This document shows positions 1 to 8,051 of a stretch of 51,688 nucleotides of DNA, piece by piece. The position numbers and the translations under genes were made by a program. The notes under the pieces are model-generated. The model had not been told where the DNA came from, ran no database searches, and worked only from the letters and a program-made list of their open reading frames with translations. Source of the DNA: Candidatus Woesearchaeota archaeon (GTDB taxonomy: Archaea; Nanobdellota; Nanobdellia; Woesearchaeales; WAPY01); contig JAWBOW010000002.1 of NCBI GenBank assembly GCA_038825775.1, forward strand, positions 1 through 51,688, in the 5' to 3' direction. Each line of letters begins with the position of its first letter. Within the stretch, counting starts at the first letter, position 1.

Positions 1-21
1 TGAAAGATTAAAATAAAAAAA

Positions 22-1374
22 TCAAAAGTTTATTCCCTTAAAATTCTTCATTAAACTTTGAAGGTTTTTTGGAATCTTAGAACCCCTAATTTGGGACCTC
101 AACATTTTTGCAAGCTTTTTTGATTGTCTGTATTGTTTTAATAATAATCTTATATCACTAACAGGAACTCCAGAACCCTTGGATATTCTGTTAATTCTAC
201 TTATATTAATTATGTCCGGGTTTTCAAGCTCTTCCTTAGTCATTGAATCCATAGCATACCTCCACTTCTCAAGCTTTTCCTGCTGCACGTCCAACAATTC
301 TTTTGGGAGTTTAAAACTTGAGAATCCTGGAATCAAATCAACTATTTTTGATAAGGGCCCCATCTTTTTCATAGCAATCATTTGGTCGTATAAATCCTTT
401 AGAGTGAATTTTCCTTCCAAAAATTTTTTAGTTAAATCTTCTGCTTTTTCTTCAGGAACCGCTTCCCTAACCTTTTCAAGCAACGATTTTAAATCACCAA
501 AACCTAATAGTCTTGAAACAAAACCCTCTGGGTCAAAAACCTCTAAATCATTTATTTTCTCTCCAACCCCAATAAACTTTACAAAAGCTCCTGTTGCTTT
601 ACAAGCAGTTATAGCACCTCCTCCTTTAGCAGTTCCTTCAAGTTTTGTAATTATAACTCCTGTAATCCCACAATTCTCATGAAAGGCTTCTGCTTGTTTT
701 TTAGCAGCTTGTCCAATATCAGCGCTTAAAACTAATAAAACCTCGTCAGGCATTATTTTTTGCTTTAAACTCTTCATCTCTAAAACCAAGTCCTCTGAAA
801 GAGCATCCCTTCCAGCAGTATCAACAATAACAACGTCATAGTTTTTTAGTTTTGTTTTAAACTCCTCAAAAATATTTAGAGGATTCTTTTCGTTCTTGTT
901 TCCAAAAACATCAACATTAATTTGTGAGCCAAGTTGTAATAATTGTTCATAAGCTGCTGGCCTATAAGTGTCTGTTTGTAACATCGCAACTTTAAATCCT
1001 CTTTTCTTAAAATAATTTGCAAGTTTAGCAGCAGTTGTTGTTTTGCCACTAGCGTATAAACCAACAAGCATTATAAAAAAAGGTGTTTTTGTAACATTAA
1101 TCCTTGCTTCTTTCTCTCCCAAAAATTTAACTAATTCCTCATAAACAATCTTCATTATAACTTCTTTTTTTGTCAGTCCAGGAATTTCTTCCTTCAAAGC
1201 CCTTGATTTTATCCTTTCAGAAAGTTCAAAAACAAGATTAACATCTACATCACTTTGTAATAAAGCCCTTTGAATATCCCTAACAATCTCCTCAATTAGA
1301 GATTTATCTACAAAAACACTCTTCATTAACTTATCAAGAGTATTTCTTAATCCCTGACTTAGTTTTTCAAGCAT
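22..1374 (-). CDS. srp54: Signal recognition particle protein SRP54
   Basis: 450 aa from the ATG at 1374 (MLEKLSQGL...). It has an N domain, GTPase motifs GLYASGKTTTAAKLA, DTAGR and TKLEG, and a C-terminal Met-rich M domain. The tracked start at 1497 runs into the 5S rRNA gene and is rejected. A TATA-like TTTTATATATT lies about 27 nt upstream, so the mRNA may be leaderless. Confidence 0.95.
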   Translation of the reverse strand: MLEKLSQGLRNTLDKLMKSVFVDKSLIEEIVRDIQRALLQSDVDVNLVFELSERIKSRALKEEIPGLTKKEVIMKIVYEELVKFLGEKEARINVTKTPFFIMLVGLYASGKTTTAAKLANYFKKRGFKVAMLQTDTYRPAAYEQLLQLGSQINVDVFGNKNEKNPLNIFEEFKTKLKNYDVVIVDTAGRDALSEDLVLEMKSLKQKIMPDEVLLVLSADIGQAAKKQAEAFHENCGITGVIITKLEGTAKGGGAITACKATGAFVKFIGVGEKINDLEVFDPEGFVSRLLGFGDLKSLLEKVREAVPEEKAEDLTKKFLEGKFTLKDLYDQMIAMKKMGPLSKIVDLIPGFSSFKLPKELLDVQQEKLEKWRYAMDSMTKEELENPDIINISRINRISKGSGVPVSDIRLLLKQYRQSKKLAKMLRSQIRGSKIPKNLQSLMKNFKGINF

Positions 1375-1430
1375 GATAAAAAAAGAACAAGAAAACAATA
1401 TATAAAAGTTATGAAAAAATAAAGCGCAAA

Positions 1431-1448
1431 ACGAAATCTTTAAATAAT
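1431..1448 (+). promoter_or_regulatory. BRE/TATA-like promoter for the 5S rRNA
   Basis: CGAAATC followed by TTTTAAATAA, centred about 26 nt upstream of the predicted 5S 5' end. This matches the archaeal BRE (cRnaAnt) plus TATA (TTTAWATA) pattern. Confidence 0.45.
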
Positions 1449-1468
1449 ACTTAAGGACAACTTTAGTT

Positions 1469-1587
<119 letters not shown>

Positions 1588-1588
<1 letters not shown>

Positions 1589-1597
1589 TTTTTTATT
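1588..1597 (+). terminator. Oligo-T termination signal after the 5S rRNA
   Basis: ATTTTTTATT lies directly after the 3' strand of helix I. Archaeal RNAP terminates at oligo-T tracts. Confidence 0.5.
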
Positions 1598-1822
1598 CTT
1601 GATTTCTTAATTTAGATTTATTAAATTTCTATTAAAAGAATATTCTAAAAACCGAAAGCTTTAAATATTAGTTCTTTTGTCTATATTTAAAGTTATCGCA
1701 AAAGTTATAAATATTTTCATCAAAACCTGCTGATTTTTGATTGCTAGCAATTTTTTTGTTTTTTATGCGAACAAACAAATTCTTCTAAAAACTAAAAAAA
1801 TAAAAAAATTAGGGGGTATAAA

Positions 1823-2740
1823 ATGACTTACATAAAAAAATGTCCTGAGTGTGGTTCTGTAAATTTATATTATGATAAGGAAAGGGGAGAAATAATTTGT
1901 AAGGATTGTGGTTTTGTAATAGACGATAGAATGGTTGATTTTGGCCAAGAATGGAGAGAATTTGAAGAAGGTGGTGAAGAGAGTGAGAGGAGGGGTGGTG
2001 CTCCAACAACATACACCCAATACGATCAAGGACTTGGAACAGATGTTGGAAGGAAATCTGATTTAAGCCAACTTTCTGGAAAAACAAGAAACAAGTTTTT
2101 TAGATTAAGAAAATGGCAGTATAGGATAAGCACTGCCATTGAGAGAAACTTAAAATTAGCATTAGCAGAATTAAAAAGGGTTTCTTCTTATTTAAAACTT
2201 CCAAAATCAGTTGAAGAGGACTCTGCAAGAATTTATACATTAGCAGTTCAGAGAGGGCTTGTAAGGGGAAGATCTATGGAATCAGTTGTTGCTGGTGCTC
2301 TTTATGCTGCTTGTAGGCGTCATGAAGTTCCAAGAACATTAGATGAGATTTCAGAAGCTTCTGGAATTGACAAAAAAGAAATTGGAAGAACTTATAGGTT
2401 CATAACAAGAGAATTACAAATAAAAATTATCCCAAGCAATCCTGTTGATTACATTGCAAGGTTTGCTTCTGCTTTAAAACTCAATCCTGAAACCCAAAGT
2501 CATGCTGTTGAAATTTTGGATAAAGCACAAAAAGCAGAACTTACTTCTGGAAGAGGACCTACTGGGATTGCTGCTGCAGCATTGTATGTTGCTGCTCTAA
2601 TACACGGTGAGAAGAGAACACAAAGAGAGGTTGCTGATGTTGCAGGCGTTACAGAAGTCACTATAAGAAACAGGTATAAAGAGTTGCTTGAAAAACTCGA
2701 TTTGGAAAAGGAAATTAAAAAGGTTAAAAAGAAGAAATAA
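1823..2740 (+). CDS. tfb: Transcription initiation factor B (TFB/TFIIB)
   Basis: It has an N-terminal Zn ribbon (CPECGS...CKDCG), then a B-reader/linker and two cyclin-like repeats (RGRSMESVVAGALYAACR, GRGPTGIAAAALYVAA). A GGGGGT SD-like motif lies a few nt upstream of the ATG. Confidence 0.95.
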   Translation: MTYIKKCPECGSVNLYYDKERGEIICKDCGFVIDDRMVDFGQEWREFEEGGEESERRGGAPTTYTQYDQGLGTDVGRKSDLSQLSGKTRNKFFRLRKWQYRISTAIERNLKLALAELKRVSSYLKLPKSVEEDSARIYTLAVQRGLVRGRSMESVVAGALYAACRRHEVPRTLDEISEASGIDKKEIGRTYRFITRELQIKIIPSNPVDYIARFASALKLNPETQSHAVEILDKAQKAELTSGRGPTGIAAAALYVAALIHGEKRTQREVADVAGVTEVTIRNRYKELLEKLDLEKEIKKVKKKK

Positions 2741-2786
2741 AATTTTTATTTTTTATCAATTTTTGGGGGTGGTGGATGGAGTTTAA

Positions 2787-3224
2787 ATGGAAGAGGTTTT
2801 TTTGGATTTTAATTTGGTAAAAATTTATTATGATGATTATAAAAAAACAAGAGATTTTTCTCTTTTAGAAAAAATTTTAAACACTCAAAAAATAGAATTA
2901 GCAAGTTTTAGTCCAAACCAAAAGATAAGTTGTTGTTTAAGGATAAATGATGAAAGATACACTTCTAAAATTAAAGAGATAGAAGATTCTGTTTTTGAGA
3001 ATATAAAAAGGGATGTGGCAAATAGTGTATCAAGAGAGTTTGGAATTGTTTTAAACCCAACAGAATATGGTTTTCTATACGGATTGCCGTTTCTTGGACA
3101 AAAAGTTGTAATAAAAAAAGATGAGGGAAAATTCTGTTTTTTTGGTTACTACGAGAGCATTCCAATAATGTGTTATCTCATTATGGAAGTGTTAGAAAGA
3201 GTTTTTGAAAAGGAAAATAAATGA
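2787..3224 (+). CDS. Hypothetical protein (145 aa)
   Basis: An ORF whose ATG follows a GGATGGAG SD-like motif. It is tightly packed between tfb and the convergent ogt-like gene. I recognise no motif. Confidence 0.5.
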   Translation: MEEVFLDFNLVKIYYDDYKKTRDFSLLEKILNTQKIELASFSPNQKISCCLRINDERYTSKIKEIEDSVFENIKRDVANSVSREFGIVLNPTEYGFLYGLPFLGQKVVIKKDEGKFCFFGYYESIPIMCYLIMEVLERVFEKENK

Positions 3225-3225
3225 T

Positions 3226-3531
3226 TTATTTGTGTTTTGGTTTGAAAAGAACTTCTTCAAAATTAATCACTCTTTTATTTTTTATTATTATTCCTTCTTT
3301 TTTTAAAATCTTAATCTTTTCTTTAGTCCCCTTTGCATAACCTCCAACAAAACCATTACTTTTTATAACTCTGTGACAAGGAACATTCTTGTAAGGGTTT
3401 TTATTCAAAGCGTTTCCAACCAATCTGTAAGCTTTTGTTTTTAATGCTTCTGCAACAAGCTTATAAGTTGTTATTCTTCCTTTTGGAATTTTTGAAACAA
3501 CAGCATAAACTCTCTCATAAAAATTGTTCAT
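3226..3531 (-). CDS. ogt: Minimal methylated-DNA-protein-cysteine methyltransferase (MGMT/Ogt C-terminal domain only)
   Basis: It carries the PCHRV active-site motif and the preceding HTH (TTYKLVAEAL...RLVGNAL). The protein is only about 100 aa. The ATG at 3531 forms an ATGA overlap with the upstream stop, and AGGTG lies 6 nt upstream. Confidence 0.85.
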   Translation of the reverse strand: MNNFYERVYAVVSKIPKGRITTYKLVAEALKTKAYRLVGNALNKNPYKNVPCHRVIKSNGFVGGYAKGTKEKIKILKKEGIIIKNKRVINFEEVLFKPKHK

Positions 3532-4748
3532 GAAAAACACCTCAAAATTTGATCAGTTATTTTTTTATAATAAGAATCAAAATTATCAAAATCCCTTTTT
3601 ACAACAATGTATTTTTTGTGCTCTTTTGAGATTTTTATCAATTCTTCTGTATTAACATTCATTTCATTTTTAACAATTTCCTTAAATTTTAACGAGTTAA
3701 AAAATTGAATTATTTGTGTTAAATTCTTTGGTTTTTTAGAATTATGTGCTCTTTCAAAATCAATCATTTTAACATCAAAATTATTTGTTTTCTTCTCAAT
3801 AAAGATGTGCTTTAAAGGATTGCATAACTCTTCCTTGTTAATTCCTAAGAAGTCCATAATCAAGCACTGCCTTATCAGTTCTTTAAGAACTATTAGAATA
3901 TTCTTTTTTTTGTTTTTGCTCAGAAAATCAAGTATTAAATCACCTTTAATAAATTCCATAACAACAAAGTTTTTTCCTCTAAAATAAACCTTTGGTCCTA
4001 TGTTGAATTTGTTTAAAAGTTTAAGTGTTTTAAACTCGTTATCAATCACATTTTTAGCACTTGTTTTTGGGCTTAAAACCTTAACCGCAACGTTCTTATT
4101 TTTAAATTTGGCTTTATAAACAAAACTCCTCTTGCCTTTTGCAAGAAAACTTATTTTTTCTAGTTTTTTGTTTTTCAAAAATTCTTGCTTAAAAATCTTA
4201 TAAAGGTAAATTGTTTCAAACAAAACCTTTTTTGAATTAATTTGCTCATAAAAAAACCCATTTTTAATTATTAAATCTTCAACAATATTTTTATTTGTTA
4301 ATGAAGAAAAAACCAAAAGACAAAACCCATTATCTCTTAAATGATTGTTTAGTTTTGATAAAAATTTAGAAATTATTTCATAACCATTTTTCCCCCCGCA
4401 AACAGCAAGTGCCACTTCTTTATCTTCTCCTTTCATCTCAGGCAAATAAGGAGGATTAAATATTATAATGTCAAACTTTCCCTTTATGTTTTGGAACAAA
4501 TCAGAAACAACAAATCTTATCCCTTTATTACCATACTTTTGCTTAGCACACCTTATGGCATAAGGATTTATGTCTGAGGCTGTTACAATCGCATTAAAAT
4601 CAGAACACTTAACAGCTATCAATGCAGAACCAGTTCCCAATTCTAAAACCCTTTTATTATTGAAGATTTCTTTATTTTTTTCAATAAAATCAACTATTAA
4701 AAAAGTGTCCTCTGCCGGCTCATAAATAAAGGTCTTTTCAACAACCAT
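3528..4748 (-). CDS. Fusion protein: HemK/Mtq2-like N5-glutamine (NPPY) methyltransferase plus atypical RIO/Bud32-like kinase fold
   Basis: N-terminal half: YEPAEDTFL, the SAM motif VLELGTGSALIA, and the catalytic FNPPYLP. C-terminal half: the loop LAKGKRSFVYKA, VAVKV (beta3 Lys), the hinge VVMEFIKG and MIDFERAH (like the RIO IDFxQ motif). Confidence 0.8.
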   Translation of the reverse strand: MVVEKTFIYEPAEDTFLIVDFIEKNKEIFNNKRVLELGTGSALIAVKCSDFNAIVTASDINPYAIRCAKQKYGNKGIRFVVSDLFQNIKGKFDIIIFNPPYLPEMKGEDKEVALAVCGGKNGYEIISKFLSKLNNHLRDNGFCLLVFSSLTNKNIVEDLIIKNGFFYEQINSKKVLFETIYLYKIFKQEFLKNKKLEKISFLAKGKRSFVYKAKFKNKNVAVKVLSPKTSAKNVIDNEFKTLKLLNKFNIGPKVYFRGKNFVVMEFIKGDLILDFLSKNKKKNILIVLKELIRQCLIMDFLGINKEELCNPLKHIFIEKKTNNFDVKMIDFERAHNSKKPKNLTQIIQFFNSLKFKEIVKNEMNVNTEELIKISKEHKKYIVVKRDFDNFDSYYKKITDQILRCFS

Positions 4749-4753
4749 TTTTT

Positions 4754-5320
4754 CTAAAAGTTTGGTTTCTTATCAACAGATTTTAAAAATAAGATAATAA
4801 TTCTTGTTGTTTTTTCAGGTGTGAGTTTTGTGGTGTCAATAACCAAATCATAATTTTTTAAGTCATTATAAATTATGCCGTATGTTTTTTTATACCTTTT
4901 TAACTCTGATTTTTTTCTTGTTCTTATGCTTTGAATTACTTCATTTAAGTTTTTATAGTTTTCACTTATTCTTTTATTTTCAACATTATTTATTTCCTTA
5001 AGTATTCTTTTAGCTGCTACTTCTTCATCACACTTTAAAAAGACCTTTATTGATTTTGGTATAAAATAAAATGCAATTCTTGAATCAACAACATAATTAT
5101 CCTTTTTTGAAATCTCAATTAGTTTTGAATCCAAGTATTTGTCAATCTCTAAGTTTTCTTCTGCTAATTTATTTATTTCAACAATTCCCTTATTATTTTT
5201 TAACGCAAGTTCTCTTAAAAAAGAGCCAATTGAAAAGTATTTTAATCCTAATTTTTTAGCAAGTATTTTTGCTACTGTTGATTTTCCAGCTCCTGGTTCT
5301 CCAGAAATAGTTATTATCAT
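4754..5320 (-). CDS. cmk: Cytidylate kinase, archaeal type
   Basis: MIITISGEPGAGKSTVAKILAKKLGLKYFS (P-loop), with overall collinearity to archaeal Cmk including the C-terminal YDLVIDT. Confidence 0.85.
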   Translation of the reverse strand: MIITISGEPGAGKSTVAKILAKKLGLKYFSIGSFLRELALKNNKGIVEINKLAEENLEIDKYLDSKLIEISKKDNYVVDSRIAFYFIPKSIKVFLKCDEEVAAKRILKEINNVENKRISENYKNLNEVIQSIRTRKKSELKRYKKTYGIIYNDLKNYDLVIDTTKLTPEKTTRIIILFLKSVDKKPNF

Positions 5321-5324
5321 TTTT

Positions 5325-7034
5325 TTATTTTGATGTTAAAATTTCAACAATCTTTGCATATGTTGGTCTTGTTATAAGCACACCAACTGTTATTCCAACA
5401 ATTATTGTTATTGCAAAACCCCTTAACAAACCAGCACCTGCTAACATTAGTGGAATCATAGCAAACAAGGTTGTTAAATAACTTCCAGTAATTATCGAAA
5501 AAGCACTCTTTATCTTTTGAGCCCAAGTATAGGATCTTCTTGATTCTCCCTTTAATGCTTCATCAGTTATTATTATTTGATGATCCACTCCTGAACCGAT
5601 AGAAGCAATTAGTCCTGCTATTGCTGCCAAATCAATATTCCAGTTTAACAATGACAAAACAGAAATTGTTATTATTAACTCTGAGAGTGATGTGAGCATT
5701 ATAGGAACTACAAGCTTTATTTTCTTATAAAACAAAAATATTATTAAAGAAACTGTTATGAACGCAAAAATAGCCATTAAAAGAATATTCTTTATGAATT
5801 TTTGTCCGAGTGAAGGGGTTATTGTATCTTGGCTTACAATCTCTAATTTTAAAGGCAGAGAACCTGTTTGTATTATTGTTTGTAATCTTTTCATATTCTT
5901 TATTGCTTCATTAATAGCATCTTCTTGGCTTAATCCAGAACCATAACCAGTAATCATGATCTCTGTTGCTTTTTTTCCTTTTAACTCAGCAGATATTCTT
6001 AAACTATCAACTAATTTATCATCCAAATAAAAATCAATGTTTTGGCTCAAATAAGATTCTCCTCCTTCAGAAATAACATCTAAGTTTGATGTTGCCCTTG
6101 CTTGTTTCTCTGCTGCTTCTTGGCTTAAAGTAACTGAAAACCTAAACTTGCAATAATAATTTCCATCAGAGGCTTTAAAGCAACCTCTAGTAGGATCAAT
6201 ACCAGAACACTCTGCACTCATGCAAACATACTTAATATCTGTTCCTGTAAATATTGTTTCATTATTTATTTTTGTCTCAAACTTTCCTTGACTTTTTATT
6301 AATGCTAAAACATCCTCTTCGCTTACACCAGCAACTTCGACAATTATATAATTGTTTCCTGAAAGGTCTGATGCTTCTCTTACAGTAATATCTGAGAGTC
6401 CATAAACATTTATTCTCTGCTTTAAATTATCAATTGTTATTTGAAAGTCCTCTGGAGTTGCATTCTTTTCAACAGCCTTTAAAATAATTCTTATTCCGCC
6501 CTCAATATCAATACCAAACTTTATGTTGCTCTTAGGAGCATTATAAACCTTTAAGCCAATATCCTCAACACCCTTTATTTCTTCCCTAAACTTATCAACT
6601 TCTATAGTCTTTGTTATGTTTTTTGTTGTATTTGTCTCATCATCAAAAATTTCTTCAATAATTGTTTGGTTTTCCTTCTCCCCAAGCGGAATTCTTTCAA
6701 TTATTGGTTTTGTATACAACTTATAAGTTGCTTTTGTTGTTTTTATAATAATTGTTTGGTTATAAGTAAAATCTTTTATGATGTTATAATAATCATTAAC
6801 ATCCCTAACTGGAATGTTGTTGATTAAAATTATTTTTTCTCTTGACATTGGAAGTTGGTTTGCTGTTGGTCCTCTAATTCCTGCAAGATAAGCAGCGCTT
6901 TCTGGCTTAACACTCCTAATAACAACACCACTATTCCAAGGCTTTGGCTGTATAACTATTAAAGCACAAAATAGTATAAACAAAAACAGTATTATTCTCC
7001 AATTCAGCAATAGACGCTTTATTTTTGTGCTCAT
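5325..7034 (-). CDS. secD: Protein-export membrane protein SecD (with an extra PDZ-like module after TM1)
   Basis: It has an N-terminal TM, a large extracytoplasmic domain and a C-terminal multi-TM bundle (GLIASIGSGVDHQIIITDE). It follows secF, as is usual in archaea. Confidence 0.9.
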   Translation of the reverse strand: MSTKIKRLLLNWRIILFLFILFCALIVIQPKPWNSGVVIRSVKPESAAYLAGIRGPTANQLPMSREKIILINNIPVRDVNDYYNIIKDFTYNQTIIIKTTKATYKLYTKPIIERIPLGEKENQTIIEEIFDDETNTTKNITKTIEVDKFREEIKGVEDIGLKVYNAPKSNIKFGIDIEGGIRIILKAVEKNATPEDFQITIDNLKQRINVYGLSDITVREASDLSGNNYIIVEVAGVSEEDVLALIKSQGKFETKINNETIFTGTDIKYVCMSAECSGIDPTRGCFKASDGNYYCKFRFSVTLSQEAAEKQARATSNLDVISEGGESYLSQNIDFYLDDKLVDSLRISAELKGKKATEIMITGYGSGLSQEDAINEAIKNMKRLQTIIQTGSLPLKLEIVSQDTITPSLGQKFIKNILLMAIFAFITVSLIIFLFYKKIKLVVPIMLTSLSELIITISVLSLLNWNIDLAAIAGLIASIGSGVDHQIIITDEALKGESRRSYTWAQKIKSAFSIITGSYLTTLFAMIPLMLAGAGLLRGFAITIIVGITVGVLITRPTYAKIVEILTSK

Positions 7035-7057
7035 TTTTTATTAACTCTTTTTTATTT

Positions 7058-7957
7058 TTATTTTGATTTTTGTTTTTCTCTTCTTGCAATGTAAAGTTTT
7101 AAAAATGAAGTATTTCCTACCCAAGTGTTAAAAACATCAAGTGAAAGTCCAATCATTAAGATAATCATTATTTCTTTAATAACAGTTGCTGTGCTCAAAA
7201 AATAACCAACTAATAAAGCACCAATTGTTGTTAAAGTCATTATTATACCTGTTTTCATTGCATCAAGTATTTTTTCATCAACTTCTTCAAACTTTGACTT
7301 TAAAGTTCTTGAAGTTAAGAGTATGTCAGTATCAACTGAATAACCAATTAACATTAAAAAGGCAGCTATTCCTGCGCTTGAAAGTTTCATGTTTAGTAAA
7401 GAAACTATTGATAGGGTTTCTGTTATGTCCAAAAAAGCACAAAACACTATATATGATGAAGGTGCTAAATTTCTAAAATAAATTAGAACAATTATTCCCA
7501 TTAGAATAAAAGAGAATATTATTGCCCTAATGATTTCTTTGTAAAAACTTTGGCCTAAAGTTGAGCCAACATTAACTGTAGTGTATTCTTTGTTTTTTAT
7601 AACTTCAAAATCCGATAGTGCTTTGATTATTTCCTCTTCTGAAAGTTCAGAACTCTCTATTACTAAACTCTTTTCTGTTAACCCAATTTCTCTAAAATTT
7701 ATGTCTTTACCCTTAAAAGTTGAGCGTAAAGTTTCTTTTATTAAGTTTGGATTGTCTGTTTTTGTGTTTAGAGTTACAATAACCCCTCCTTTGAGTGTTA
7801 TATCCCTCTGTATAAATTCTCCTGTTAATGAAAATTTAATTAGCACGGATAACATTAAAATAAAGAATATTGCAAATACTAGAATTATATTTAACTTGTA
7901 ATTCTTTAAAAATGAATTTTTAATTCTTAGTGAGATGTTTTGGATGTGCTTTTTCAT
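7058..7957 (-). CDS. secF: Protein-export membrane protein SecF
   Basis: It has an N-terminal TM, a small external domain and a C-terminal TM bundle containing LIGYSVDTDILLTSR. Confidence 0.9.
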   Translation of the reverse strand: MKKHIQNISLRIKNSFLKNYKLNIILVFAIFFILMLSVLIKFSLTGEFIQRDITLKGGVIVTLNTKTDNPNLIKETLRSTFKGKDINFREIGLTEKSLVIESSELSEEEIIKALSDFEVIKNKEYTTVNVGSTLGQSFYKEIIRAIIFSFILMGIIVLIYFRNLAPSSYIVFCAFLDITETLSIVSLLNMKLSSAGIAAFLMLIGYSVDTDILLTSRTLKSKFEEVDEKILDAMKTGIIMTLTTIGALLVGYFLSTATVIKEIMIILMIGLSLDVFNTWVGNTSFLKLYIARREKQKSK

Positions 7958-8051
7958 AAACCTTACCTTTAAATTGTTTAGTTTTTAGGATAAAAAGAAC
8001 TATTTATAAATATTTTGATTTGTTTAAGTTAAAAATAAAACGATTTAAAAT

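Noticed and set aside
2763-2780. A recurrent GGGGGTGG motif (also near 17666 and, on the minus strand, near 44850), considered as a dispersed repeat.
   Set aside because: It is most simply a Shine-Dalgarno-like sequence complementary to the 16S 3' end (GGAGGTGA family). The copies are short and sit upstream of, or near, start codons.
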